Source of the DNA: Gemmatimonadota bacterium
Lineage (GTDB): Bacteria > Gemmatimonadota > Gemmatimonadetes > Longimicrobiales > Gaopeijiaceae
Reading direction: 5' to 3'
Length of the DNA: 46,708 bases
NCBI GenBank assembly: GCA_040880225.1
Contig: JBBDIV010000013.1
Location: 1 to 46,708 of the forward strand
The position numbers and the translations under genes were made by a program. Below are positions 27,362 through 35,259 of the stretch, piece by piece. The notes under the pieces were generated by a model. That model was not told the DNA's origin. It ran no database searches and worked only from the letters and a program-made list of their open reading frames with translations. How positions within the stretch are numbered: position 1 is the first letter of the stretch; each line of letters starts with the position of its first letter.

Positions 27362-28231
27362 GCAGACACCAAGCGCTCGCATGGATCCCGGTCGCAGGGT
27401 CCGGACATCCTCGACCGGATCGTAGAGTCCAAGCGAGTCGAAGTCGCCCAGCTCACCTCCCGGTCGAGCGAGTTGCGCGCCCGTGCGTCCGACGCCCCCG
27501 CGGCCCGCGATTTTGAAGCCGCGCTCGCCGGCGGATCGCAGGTATCCCTCATTGCCGAGGTGAAGCGACGCTCCCCGGGTGCCGGGGCGATCCGACCCGG
27601 GCTGGATCCCGTGGAACTGGCGGGGACCTACGCGAGTGCCGGAGCCTCCGCCGTCTCGGTGTTGACCGACCACGAGTACTTCCAGGGGTCCCTGGACGAT
27701 CTTTCCGCCGTACGTTCGTCGGTGGAAATCCCCGTGCTGAGAAAGGACTTCATGCTGTCCGAGGTCCAGGTCTGGGAGGCCCGGGCCGCCGGGGCCGACG
27801 CCATCCTGCTCATCGTTCGTATTCTTGAAGACGCACGACTCCGGGAGCTGCGCCTGATGGCCGAGGAGTCGGGAATGACGGCCCTGGTCGAGGTCCATGA
27901 TCGGGCGGAGCTGGAACGGGCGCTCCAGTCGGGGGCGCGGGTCGTCGGGATCAACAATCGGGACCTGAGCACGTTCGAGACCCGGATCGAAACGACGCTC
28001 GAGCTGGCTTCCGAGGTCCCGGATTCGGTGGTCCTCGTCTCGGAGAGCGGGATTCGCACGGGCGCCGACGTCGTGCGTCTGGGTGAGGCGGGGGTCGATG
28101 CGACGCTCGTGGGGGAGGCCCTGGTACGAGCGGAGGATCCAGCGGCCGGCGTCGCAGCACTGACGGCCGCTCGTCGGGTGCCCAGGAGAACCGGTATGGG
28201 TAGCGCGGTACGCTCCGGGAGGCGAACCTGA
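27356..28231 (+). CDS. trpC: indole-3-glycerol-phosphate synthase
   Basis: Starts at the internal ATG 27356 (MQADTKRS...ILDRIVESKRVEV). It carries the motifs LIAEVKRRSPGAG, VLTDHEYFQGS, INNRDL and SESGI. Confidence 0.92.
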   Translation: MQADTKRSHGSRSQGPDILDRIVESKRVEVAQLTSRSSELRARASDAPAARDFEAALAGGSQVSLIAEVKRRSPGAGAIRPGLDPVELAGTYASAGASAVSVLTDHEYFQGSLDDLSAVRSSVEIPVLRKDFMLSEVQVWEARAAGADAILLIVRILEDARLRELRLMAEESGMTALVEVHDRAELERALQSGARVVGINNRDLSTFETRIETTLELASEVPDSVVLVSESGIRTGADVVRLGEAGVDATLVGEALVRAEDPAAGVAALTAARRVPRRTGMGSAVRSGRRT

Positions 28232-28878
28232 AGGTCAAGATCTGCGGGCTGACCCGCCCCTCGGACGCGATGGTCGCGGAAGCGGCGGGAGCCGCCTACG
28301 TGGGTGCGATTCTCGTTCCCGGTTCTCCCCGGTACGTGGATGCGGCCGTGGCCCGGACCGTCGGCGAAGCCGTCGACCTTCCCCTGGTGATCGTGGTCGC
28401 CGATCGCCCCGCCGGGGAGGTCGCGCAACTCGCCGCCGACACCGGCGCGGGCGCGATCCAGCTCCACGGGGACGAGTCTTCCGACCTGCCGGGAGCGCTG
28501 CGGGACCTCGGGGACTGGGAACTCTGGAAGGCCGTTCGGGTGCGCTCCGAGAAGGATATCCAGCGCGCCGCGGAGCGCTTCGGAGGAGCGATCGACCTGC
28601 TGCTCCTCGACGGCTGGCAAGCCCATGCGCTGGGGGGCACGGGCCGGGTGTTCCCGTGGGAGACGCTGGAAGCCGTCCGGCCCGGTCTTCCCGACGGTCT
28701 CCGGATCGGAGTGGCGGGGGGGCTGACGGCGGAGAACGTTCCCGACGCGGTCCTGCGCCTGGCGCCGGACCTCGTGGACGTGAGCTCCGGAGTGGAGTCC
28801 GGACCCGGTGAGAAGGACCCGGGAGAGGTGGATGCGTTCGTCCGGGCCGCTCTCTCCGCAGCGGGGCAGCTTCGTTGA
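28228..28878 (+). CDS. trpF: phosphoribosylanthranilate isomerase (apparent CTG start)
   Basis: The conserved N-terminal KVKICGLT motif lies upstream of the first ATG (28270). Between the in-frame TAG at 28201 and 28270 there is no ATG, GTG or TTG. The CTG at 28228 is preceded by GGGAGG (28217-28222) with a 5-nt spacer and overlaps the trpC stop (CTGA). Confidence 0.85.
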   Translation: MKVKICGLTRPSDAMVAEAAGAAYVGAILVPGSPRYVDAAVARTVGEAVDLPLVIVVADRPAGEVAQLAADTGAGAIQLHGDESSDLPGALRDLGDWELWKAVRVRSEKDIQRAAERFGGAIDLLLLDGWQAHALGGTGRVFPWETLEAVRPGLPDGLRIGVAGGLTAENVPDAVLRLAPDLVDVSSGVESGPGEKDPGEVDAFVRAALSAAGQLR

Positions 28879-28975
28879 ATGGCCGGGCAGCTTCTTCGAA
28901 TGGGACCGTCGGCCGCACGCGTCAAATGAGGGTGCGGCGGCTGCTTTCGAGCAATGGAACCGAGGGCATCATCCG

Positions 28976-30262
28976 ATGAGTGACGTGAAGGGTCGTCCTG
29001 CCGGAAGCTCGACTTCGACCTTGGACGAACGCCGGTTCGGGTCCTTCGGCGGCCGGTACGTGCCCGAGACCCTGATCACCGCCCTGGACGAGTTGGAGTC
29101 CGCCTATTCGGACGCGGTCGCCGACCCTTCGTTCCAGGAACAGCTGGACGGGCTCCTCGAGGAGTTCGTCGGGCGCCCCACTCCGCTGTACCGGGCCCGT
29201 CGCCTCGAGGAAGAAGCCGGATGGGGCCCGCTCTACCTCAAGCGGGAAGATCTGAATCATACCGGCGCCCACAAGATCAACAATACGATCGGTCAGGCGC
29301 TCCTCGCCCGACGCATGGGGAAGCGACGGATCATCGCGGAAACGGGCGCGGGGCAGCACGGGGTCGCAACTGCGACGGCCTGCGCGCTCTTCGACATGGA
29401 GTGCGTGGTCTACATGGGCGACGAGGACGTGGAGCGCCAGGCGCTGAACGTATTCCGGATGGAGTTGCTGGGGGCGGAGGTCCGATCCGTGGGCTCGGGC
29501 ACCCGAACCCTCAAGGACGCGACGAACGAAGCGATGCGCGATTGGGTCACGAATGTGTACGACACGCACTATATCATTGGATCCGTGGTCGGACCGGCCC
29601 CGTTTCCCAGGATGGTACGGGACTTCCAGTCGGTGATCGGCACCGAAGCTCGCGCGCAGATCCTGGATCTCGAGGGCCGGCTGCCGTCTGCGGTCGTGGC
29701 CTGTGTGGGCGGGGGCTCGAACGCGATGGGAAGCTTCTACCCGTTCGTGGCCGACGAGGGCGTAGAGCTCGTCGGTGTCGAGGCCGCCGGTGAGGGACTG
29801 GAGTCCGGCCATCACTCCGCATCGCTCACCGCGGGCGCGCCCGGTGTGCTCCACGGGTCGCTCTCCTACCTTCTCCAGGACGACGATGGTCAGGTCGCGC
29901 CCGCGCACTCGGTCTCCGCGGGCCTGGACTATCCCGGAGTGGGCCCGGAGCACTCGTTCCTCAAGGACACGGGCCGCGCCCGCTACGTCGCCGTGGACGA
30001 CCATGCAGCACTCGCGGCGTTCCACCGCCTCTCACGTCTCGAGGGGATCATCCCCGCGCTCGAGACGGCCCACGCCGTGGCCTACCTCCTCGGAGACGGC
30101 GCGGACGAGATCGGAGAAGGTCCGGCAGTCCTCTGTCTCAGTGGAAGAGGAGACAAGGACGTCGCGCACGTGGCTCGCCTGGAGGGTCGGGGCTCGCTAC
30201 TCTGGAAGGCTGTTGAAGAAGAGGAGCACACCGTGCACTCCTCTTCTTCAACAGCCTTCTAG
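28976..30262 (+). CDS. trpB: tryptophan synthase beta chain (with repeat-encoded C-terminal tail)
   Basis: Starts at [10 protein letters not shown]...[14 protein letters not shown]. It has the PLP-lysine motif HTGAHKINN and the motif GGGSNAMG. The last ~19 codons and the TAG stop lie inside the palindromic repeat at 30205-30262. Confidence 0.93.
   Translation: MSDVKGRPAGSSTSTLDERRFGSFGGRYVPETLITALDELESAYSDAVADPSFQEQLDGLLEEFVGRPTPLYRARRLEEEAGWGPLYLKREDLNHTGAHKINNTIGQALLARRMGKRRIIAETGAGQHGVATATACALFDMECVVYMGDEDVERQALNVFRMELLGAEVRSVGSGTRTLKDATNEAMRDWVTNVYDTHYIIGSVVGPAPFPRMVRDFQSVIGTEARAQILDLEGRLPSAVVACVGGGSNAMGSFYPFVADEGVELVGVEAAGEGLESGHHSASLTAGAPGVLHGSLSYLLQDDDGQVAPAHSVSAGLDYPGVGPEHSFLKDTGRARYVAVDDHAALAAFHRLSRLEGIIPALETAHAVAYLLGDGADEIGEGPAVLCLSGRGDKDVAHVARLEGRGSLLWKAVEEEEHTVHSSSSTAF
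30202..30262. repeat. palindromic repeat copy 1 (22-bp perfect arms, CTAG terminus)
   Basis: The left arm GAAGGCTGTTGAAGAAGAGGAG (30205-30226) pairs perfectly with CTCCTCTTCTTCAACAGCCTTC (30238-30259) around an 11-nt loop. Read on the minus strand from 30262 it begins CTAGAAGGCTGTTGAAGAAG. Confidence 0.9.
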
Positions 30263-30300
30263 CGAGCGTACTCACCAGCATTCGCAACCATGGTAACGAC

Positions 30301-32082
30301 GTGACGGAGACGCCCAACCAGAGTTCTATCGACCCCGGGACCGACAGCCTCGACTGGGCGGATCCCTCGGATCTTCCCACGGAGGAGGTGCGCGACGTCT
30401 TCCTCACCCTTTCCAAGGCTCTGCGCGCCTATCAGCTCTACGACCCGAACAATCCCGTTTACAAGCGGTTCGTCGCGAACCTGCGGGAGTCTCTGACACG
30501 GATCTTGGAGACTCGGGACCGGGTCCAGCTGCTGGTGGAGGAGGATCGGTTCACCTGGATGGGCGAAGAGGTCTATCGAAACACCAGCCGGGCCGACTCG
30601 CTGGCCTTCATGTTCTATCGGGACGGGATCCGGGACATTACGCTTCGCACGGGCCTCGAAGGCCCCGGGCTCGAGTCTCTTCTGGACGTGCTCCACCGGG
30701 TCCGGAATGTGCGGGGCGAGAACGAGGATCTCGTCACCATGCTCTGGGAACTGGATCCCGAATGTTTCGGGTACTCGGCGGTGGAGGTCGGGGGAGATCC
30801 AGGCGACGCTCCGTTTCCTGCCCCGGGACGCCCGGAGGACCTGGACCCGCGTGACATCCTGCAGAGCGAGCTGGGCCCGGCAGCGACCGAGGAAGATGAG
30901 GTGGATGGGGACCAGGAAGAGGAAACGGCGACGTCCGCGGCTCGCCCCGCCGAGAGCGTCCGGACCGAGGACTTCAACCCCACCCTCTACGCCTTGGACG
31001 AGCATGAACGTCAGTACGTGCAGGTCGAGATCCGGAAGGAAATGGAGCGTGATCTCCGTACCGACGTCCTCAGGGCCCTGTTCGACCGCCTGGAAGAGCC
31101 GGAGCGGCCGGACCGGCAGCTGGAGATCCTCGGGATCCTGCGGATCCTCGTCCCCAACTTCCTGAGTCGGGGTATCCTGATCTCGGCCGCTCAGGTGGTC
31201 GACGAGATCCGCAGGATTCGGGAACGGCCCGGGGTCCTCGGCGGCGGGGCCGAGGCCCTGGCCGAGGAGCTGGTGGACGACCTCTCGGCTCCCGAGGCCG
31301 TCGAGGAGCTGATTCGGGCGCTGGAGGACGGAAGTGTCGCCCCCGACGCCGGCGAGCTCTCCGATCTCCTCCGCTACCTGCGGCCCGTATCGCTGGCCAC
31401 GCTGCTGAGGGGATCGGAGGAGACGCAAGACGACACCGTTCGCGAGGTCTTGAGAGAGGCTATCCAGAGCATTGCCGAGGGCCACCGGGGCGTCGTGATC
31501 CGACTGCTCGAATCGGAGGATCCCGCGGTCGCGAGCGGAGCGGTCCGCCTGGCGGGCCGGCTGAGGATCGCGGAGGCGGGAGATTCACTCGTCAGGCTGC
31601 TCGACCGGGGACCGAGGCAGGTACGGAAGGTGGTCGTGGAAACGGCCTCCGAAGTCCCTTCCTCCGTGCTGGTTGGCGCCCTGCGGAAGCTCCTCCGCGA
31701 CGAGGATCGGGAGTTGCGTGTGGCTTCCGCACGCGTGCTCGGCGAGGCCCGGTACGCTCCGGCCGCCGAAGATTTCCGCACCATCCTTCAGGAGAAGGAG
31801 TTCCGGGAGACCGATGTGACGGAGAAGGTGGCATTCTTCGAAGCGTATGGAACGCTGGCCGGGGACGACGCCACCTCGTTCCTCTCGAAGCTCCTGAACT
31901 CTCGCGGATTCCTGGGGCGGCGCGAACCCCCCGATGTCCGCGCCGGGGCCGCTCTGGCACTGGGGAAGGTCGGAAGCCCCTCCGCGCAGGAGGCCCTGGC
32001 GAAGGCGGCACGCGATGACGAACCGGTCGTCCGAAGCGCCGTGGCGCGGGCGCTGAAGGATGGGGGAGGTTCGCATGTCTGA
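30301..32082 (+). CDS. HEAT-repeat protein with N-terminal domain shared with the downstream HD-GYP protein; function unknown
   Basis: 593 aa with a GTG start. The C-terminal third has PBS-lyase/HEAT-like repeats (DPAVASGAVRLAGRL, DRELRVASARVLGEA, DVRAGAALALGKVGSP, DEPVVRSAVARAL). An acidic linker occupies the middle. Confidence 0.8.
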   Translation: MTETPNQSSIDPGTDSLDWADPSDLPTEEVRDVFLTLSKALRAYQLYDPNNPVYKRFVANLRESLTRILETRDRVQLLVEEDRFTWMGEEVYRNTSRADSLAFMFYRDGIRDITLRTGLEGPGLESLLDVLHRVRNVRGENEDLVTMLWELDPECFGYSAVEVGGDPGDAPFPAPGRPEDLDPRDILQSELGPAATEEDEVDGDQEEETATSAARPAESVRTEDFNPTLYALDEHERQYVQVEIRKEMERDLRTDVLRALFDRLEEPERPDRQLEILGILRILVPNFLSRGILISAAQVVDEIRRIRERPGVLGGGAEALAEELVDDLSAPEAVEELIRALEDGSVAPDAGELSDLLRYLRPVSLATLLRGSEETQDDTVREVLREAIQSIAEGHRGVVIRLLESEDPAVASGAVRLAGRLRIAEAGDSLVRLLDRGPRQVRKVVVETASEVPSSVLVGALRKLLRDEDRELRVASARVLGEARYAPAAEDFRTILQEKEFRETDVTEKVAFFEAYGTLAGDDATSFLSKLLNSRGFLGRREPPDVRAGAALALGKVGSPSAQEALAKAARDDEPVVRSAVARALKDGGGSHV

Positions 32083-33532
32083 CGGGCAGAACGGAAACGG
32101 CGCGGGTGCGGATCGTGCACCGATCGACCTCCAGGACGTGGGACGGACGCTCCTCGGAGTGATGTATGGGGCTCTGCGTGCCCTCAAATTCTACCCTATC
32201 GACAACGAAGTCACCCAGCAGACCATCGACGACCTCCATCGCGTCGCGACCGCGATCCTCTCGCGAGAGGGACTCGTGGAGCTCCGGGTGGTGGGAGACT
32301 TCTTCTTCCTTAACGAGACCCGACTCCGTCTCGACCTGCGCAACTTCTCGACCTTCGGCTCCTTCGCCCGGGCGCTCCGGGAGCACAAGATCGGCGAGGT
32401 CGTGATCGACCGCGGTGTGGAGCGGCAGGAATGGGCCCCGTTCCTTTCGCTCCTCCTGCGCCCCGGCGACGAAGAGGAGCCCTTCGAGACATTCGTGGAT
32501 CGGCTCGAGGGGACCGAAGTGTCCCGCATGGAGGTGCGTCCCGAGCGGGAAGCCCACCAGATCGACCTCGAAAGCGAGGTCATGGAAGGGGCCAAGCGTA
32601 CCTACGCCTATTCGGTCCAGATGGCCCGGGACCTCCTCTCGGATATGCGGATGGGCAAGGCGGTGACCGCGAGAAAGGTGAAGCGGGCGGTTCAGTCGAT
32701 CGTCGACCAGGTGCTCGCGGACGAGCCGTCGATCATCGCCATGACGACGCTGCGCGAGTTCGACGAGTACACGTTCACGCACTGCGTGAACGTCTGTATC
32801 TTCGCGGTGGTCATCGGTCAGCGGATCGGGCTCGACAAGGCGCAGCTCTACGAACTGGGGCTCGGTGCCCTCTTCCACGACGTCGGCAAGACCCGGGTGG
32901 ACGAAGAGGTGCTGAACAAGGCCGGCGCCCTGGACGACGAGGAGTGGCAGCAGCTTCTGGAGCATCCCACGGAGGGACTTCTCGCTCTCTTCCGCCTCCA
33001 CGGCTTCCTCAACGTCCCGTATCGCCAGATGCTGATGGCCTACGAGCATCACATGAAAATGGACCTTTCGGGATACCCATCCAGCCGCCGACCCCGGGAG
33101 ATCGGGCTGTTCTCGAGGATCGTCGCGGTCGCGGACGCGTTCGACGCCGCCACCTCCGTCCGGAGCTACCAGTACGAGCCCTGGCCCCCGGACGAGGTCC
33201 TGCGCGAGATGCGTGACAACCCGGAGCGCGGACTCGACACCGTGCTCGTCAAGGCTCTGATGACCGCCACCGGGGTGTATCCGGTGGGAACTCTGGTGAT
33301 CCTCGATACCTTCGAGCTGGCGGTCGTGACCCGGGCGAATTCCGACCCGCAGCGCCTCCACCAGCCCGAGGTGAAGATCCTCTCGGACTCGATGGGGGTG
33401 CCGCTCGCGGAGCCGGTGGCGGCGCGGCTGGACGAGAAGGATCCGGGGTCGGGCGAGTTCAAGCGTGCCGTGATCAAGACCGCGGACCCCACTCGCTACG
33501 ACGTCCGTGTGGCCGACTACGTGACGACCTGA
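32075..33532 (+). CDS. HD-GYP domain protein (putative c-di-GMP phosphodiesterase)
   Basis: The ATG at 32075 is preceded by GGGGGAGG and overlaps the upstream stop (ATGTCTGA). It carries the HD motif (LGALFHDVGK) and the GYP motif (YEHHMKMDLSGYP). Confidence 0.85.
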   Translation: MSDGQNGNGAGADRAPIDLQDVGRTLLGVMYGALRALKFYPIDNEVTQQTIDDLHRVATAILSREGLVELRVVGDFFFLNETRLRLDLRNFSTFGSFARALREHKIGEVVIDRGVERQEWAPFLSLLLRPGDEEEPFETFVDRLEGTEVSRMEVRPEREAHQIDLESEVMEGAKRTYAYSVQMARDLLSDMRMGKAVTARKVKRAVQSIVDQVLADEPSIIAMTTLREFDEYTFTHCVNVCIFAVVIGQRIGLDKAQLYELGLGALFHDVGKTRVDEEVLNKAGALDDEEWQQLLEHPTEGLLALFRLHGFLNVPYRQMLMAYEHHMKMDLSGYPSSRRPREIGLFSRIVAVADAFDAATSVRSYQYEPWPPDEVLREMRDNPERGLDTVLVKALMTATGVYPVGTLVILDTFELAVVTRANSDPQRLHQPEVKILSDSMGVPLAEPVAARLDEKDPGSGEFKRAVIKTADPTRYDVRVADYVTT

Positions 33533-33551
33533 TGCCCTTCCTGGATCCACC

Positions 33552-34394
33552 ATGACCGATTCCCCGGATACTTCCTCTTCTGCGTCATCGACGGTGCGAG
33601 CCGAGCCATCCATTGCCCGTGCTTTCCAGGCCCGGGCGGAGGTGGGCCAGGCGGCCCTCGTTCCCTACGTGTGCGCGGGCTTCCCCACCGCCGAGGAGAG
33701 CCTCCACCTCATGCGGGCCGCGGCCGAGGCGGGCGCCGACGTCATCGAGCTGGGCATCCCCTTCTCCGATCCGATGGCGGATGGCCCGACCATCCAGGCG
33801 GCCACGTTTGCGGCATTGGAGCAGGGAATGACCGTGCGGGGCGCTCTGGATCTCCTCGCCGAGTTCCGGTCCACCCACGACACTCCCGTAGTGATCTTCA
33901 CCTATCTGAATCCCGTGCATCGCTTCGGACTCGACGCGTTCGTCCGGACCGCCCGAGAGGCCGGAGCGCAGGGGCTTCTGCTGACCGATCTTCCGGCAGG
34001 CGCCGATGCCGATCTGGAGGAGACGGTTCGATCGGGAGGTCTGGACCTGATCCGGCTCCTCGCGCCCACGACGAGCCCCAAGCGCGCGTCCGACGTCGCC
34101 AGGGGAGCATCCGGATTCGTCTACTACATCTCGAGGACGGGTGTCACGGGTGCGCGGACGGAGTTGCGCGAGGGACTCGCGCGCGAGGTCGAGGCTCTCC
34201 GGGAGCGAGTCGAGCTGCCGATCGCCGTGGGTTTCGGAATCTCGAGCCCGGAACAGGCTGCCGCCGTCGCGGCCGTGGCGGACGGAGTGGTCGTGGGGAG
34301 TGCCCTCCTCGACGTCGCGTCGGAGGGTGGGGTGGAGGCCGCCGGCCGGTTCCTGCGTTCGCTCCGGAAGGCCATGGACGCCCCACGCACCTGA
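33552..34394 (+). CDS. trpA: tryptophan synthase alpha chain
   Basis: Motifs ALVPYVCAGFP, IELGIPFSDPMADGPTIQ and YYISRTGVTG. The N-terminus is ~15 aa longer than usual, and an alternative in-frame GTG lies at 33594. Confidence 0.92.
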   Translation: MTDSPDTSSSASSTVRAEPSIARAFQARAEVGQAALVPYVCAGFPTAEESLHLMRAAAEAGADVIELGIPFSDPMADGPTIQAATFAALEQGMTVRGALDLLAEFRSTHDTPVVIFTYLNPVHRFGLDAFVRTAREAGAQGLLLTDLPAGADADLEETVRSGGLDLIRLLAPTTSPKRASDVARGASGFVYYISRTGVTGARTELREGLAREVEALRERVELPIAVGFGISSPEQAAAVAAVADGVVVGSALLDVASEGGVEAAGRFLRSLRKAMDAPRT

Positions 34395-34447
34395 CTAGAA
34401 GGCTGTTGAAGAAGGGGAGCACGGCGTGCTCCCCTTCTGCAACAGCC
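34395..34447. repeat. palindromic repeat copy 2 (22-bp arms, one mismatch, 3-nt loop, CTAG terminus)
   Basis: CTAG at 34395-34398 directly follows the trpA TGA. The arm GGCTGTTGAAGAAGGGGAGCAC (34401-34422) pairs with GTGCTCCCCTTCTGCAACAGCC (34426-34447). It begins CTAGAAGGCTGTTGAAGAAG on the plus strand. Confidence 0.9.
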
Positions 34448-34470
34448 CCCCAGGGGGGAGGAGGAGAGTC

Positions 34471-35184
34471 GTGCGAAAGGCCGTGAACAAGCTTCTAGGG
34501 CCGCTGGGGTACCGACTCGTGAAGGCGTCGGACACCTCGATCGGCTCGCGGGGCCATGTCCTGCACTCGTATGTGAAGGACGACGGCTCGTTCGACTACG
34601 ACCGCTATCGGGCCGTCCAGGAGGCGGGCAACAAGCGGAAGCTGCAGCATGTGTGGGTGGTCGAGGAAAATGTGCGCAAGCTGAGCGACTACATACGGGA
34701 AGTGGTCGGAACGCCCCGGTTCGGCCTATGCCACGGGACGCGCAGGGGGATGGAGCAGGCGTGGTTCCGCAAATACCTCGACTGCGAAGTCCTCGGAACC
34801 GAGATCTCCGAGACTGCAGAGGACTTTCCCTACACGATCCAGTGGGACTTCCACGAGGTGAAGGAGGAGTGGCTCGACGCCGTGGACTTCATCTACAGCA
34901 ACTCCTTCGATCACAGCTACGATCCGGAGAAGTGCCTGAACGCCTGGATGAGCTGTGTCCGGGAGGGCGGCGTCTGCATTCTCGAGCATGGCGAGGCGCA
35001 CGGGCCCGAGGGAACGAGTGAGCTGGATCCATTCGGGGCGGACCTGGTGCAACTCACCTACCTGATCACGCGCTGGGGGAAGGGACGCTACGGCGTCCGC
35101 GAGCTGCTTCGGGGTGAAGCACCCAAGCCCGGCATGCCCGCGGCCCACCACATCGTGATCCAGAGGTTTCCGGAGAGGGGTTGA
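34471..35184 (+). CDS. putative class I SAM-dependent methyltransferase-like protein (weak assignment)
   Basis: The GTG at 34471 is preceded by GGAGGAGGAG. The track ATG at 34426 lies inside the hairpin and is rejected. The protein has a Gly-rich motif-I-like RFGLCHGTRRGME, followed by VLGTEIS and DFIYSNSFDHSYDP, and visibly more A/T-ending codons than its neighbours. Confidence 0.55.
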   Translation: MRKAVNKLLGPLGYRLVKASDTSIGSRGHVLHSYVKDDGSFDYDRYRAVQEAGNKRKLQHVWVVEENVRKLSDYIREVVGTPRFGLCHGTRRGMEQAWFRKYLDCEVLGTEISETAEDFPYTIQWDFHEVKEEWLDAVDFIYSNSFDHSYDPEKCLNAWMSCVREGGVCILEHGEAHGPEGTSELDPFGADLVQLTYLITRWGKGRYGVRELLRGEAPKPGMPAAHHIVIQRFPERG

Positions 35185-35259
35185 AGGCGTAGGAGCCCGA
35201 CTCTGGGCGACGTTCCCGGGGCGGCCGCGACGACCCGGGAGGAGCGGGGCCTCTTCGGT

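Noticed and set aside
28226-28231. A programmed -1 frameshift producing a TrpC-TrpF fusion.
   Set aside because: No slippery X_XXY_YYZ heptamer precedes the junction. An SD plus CTG start explains the arrangement more simply.
30202-34447. A composite transposon or IS element bounded by the two inward-facing palindromic repeat copies.
   Set aside because: There is no transposase, integrase or recombinase ORF and no target-site duplication that I could see. The enclosed trpA is a core gene. I kept the copies only as a REP/MITE-like repeat observation.
34426-34470. The ATG start at 34426 for the methyltransferase-like ORF (MLPFCNSPPGG...).
   Set aside because: This ATG lies inside the right arm of the 22-bp hairpin. 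The GTG at 34471 has an ideal GGAGGAGGAG SD.
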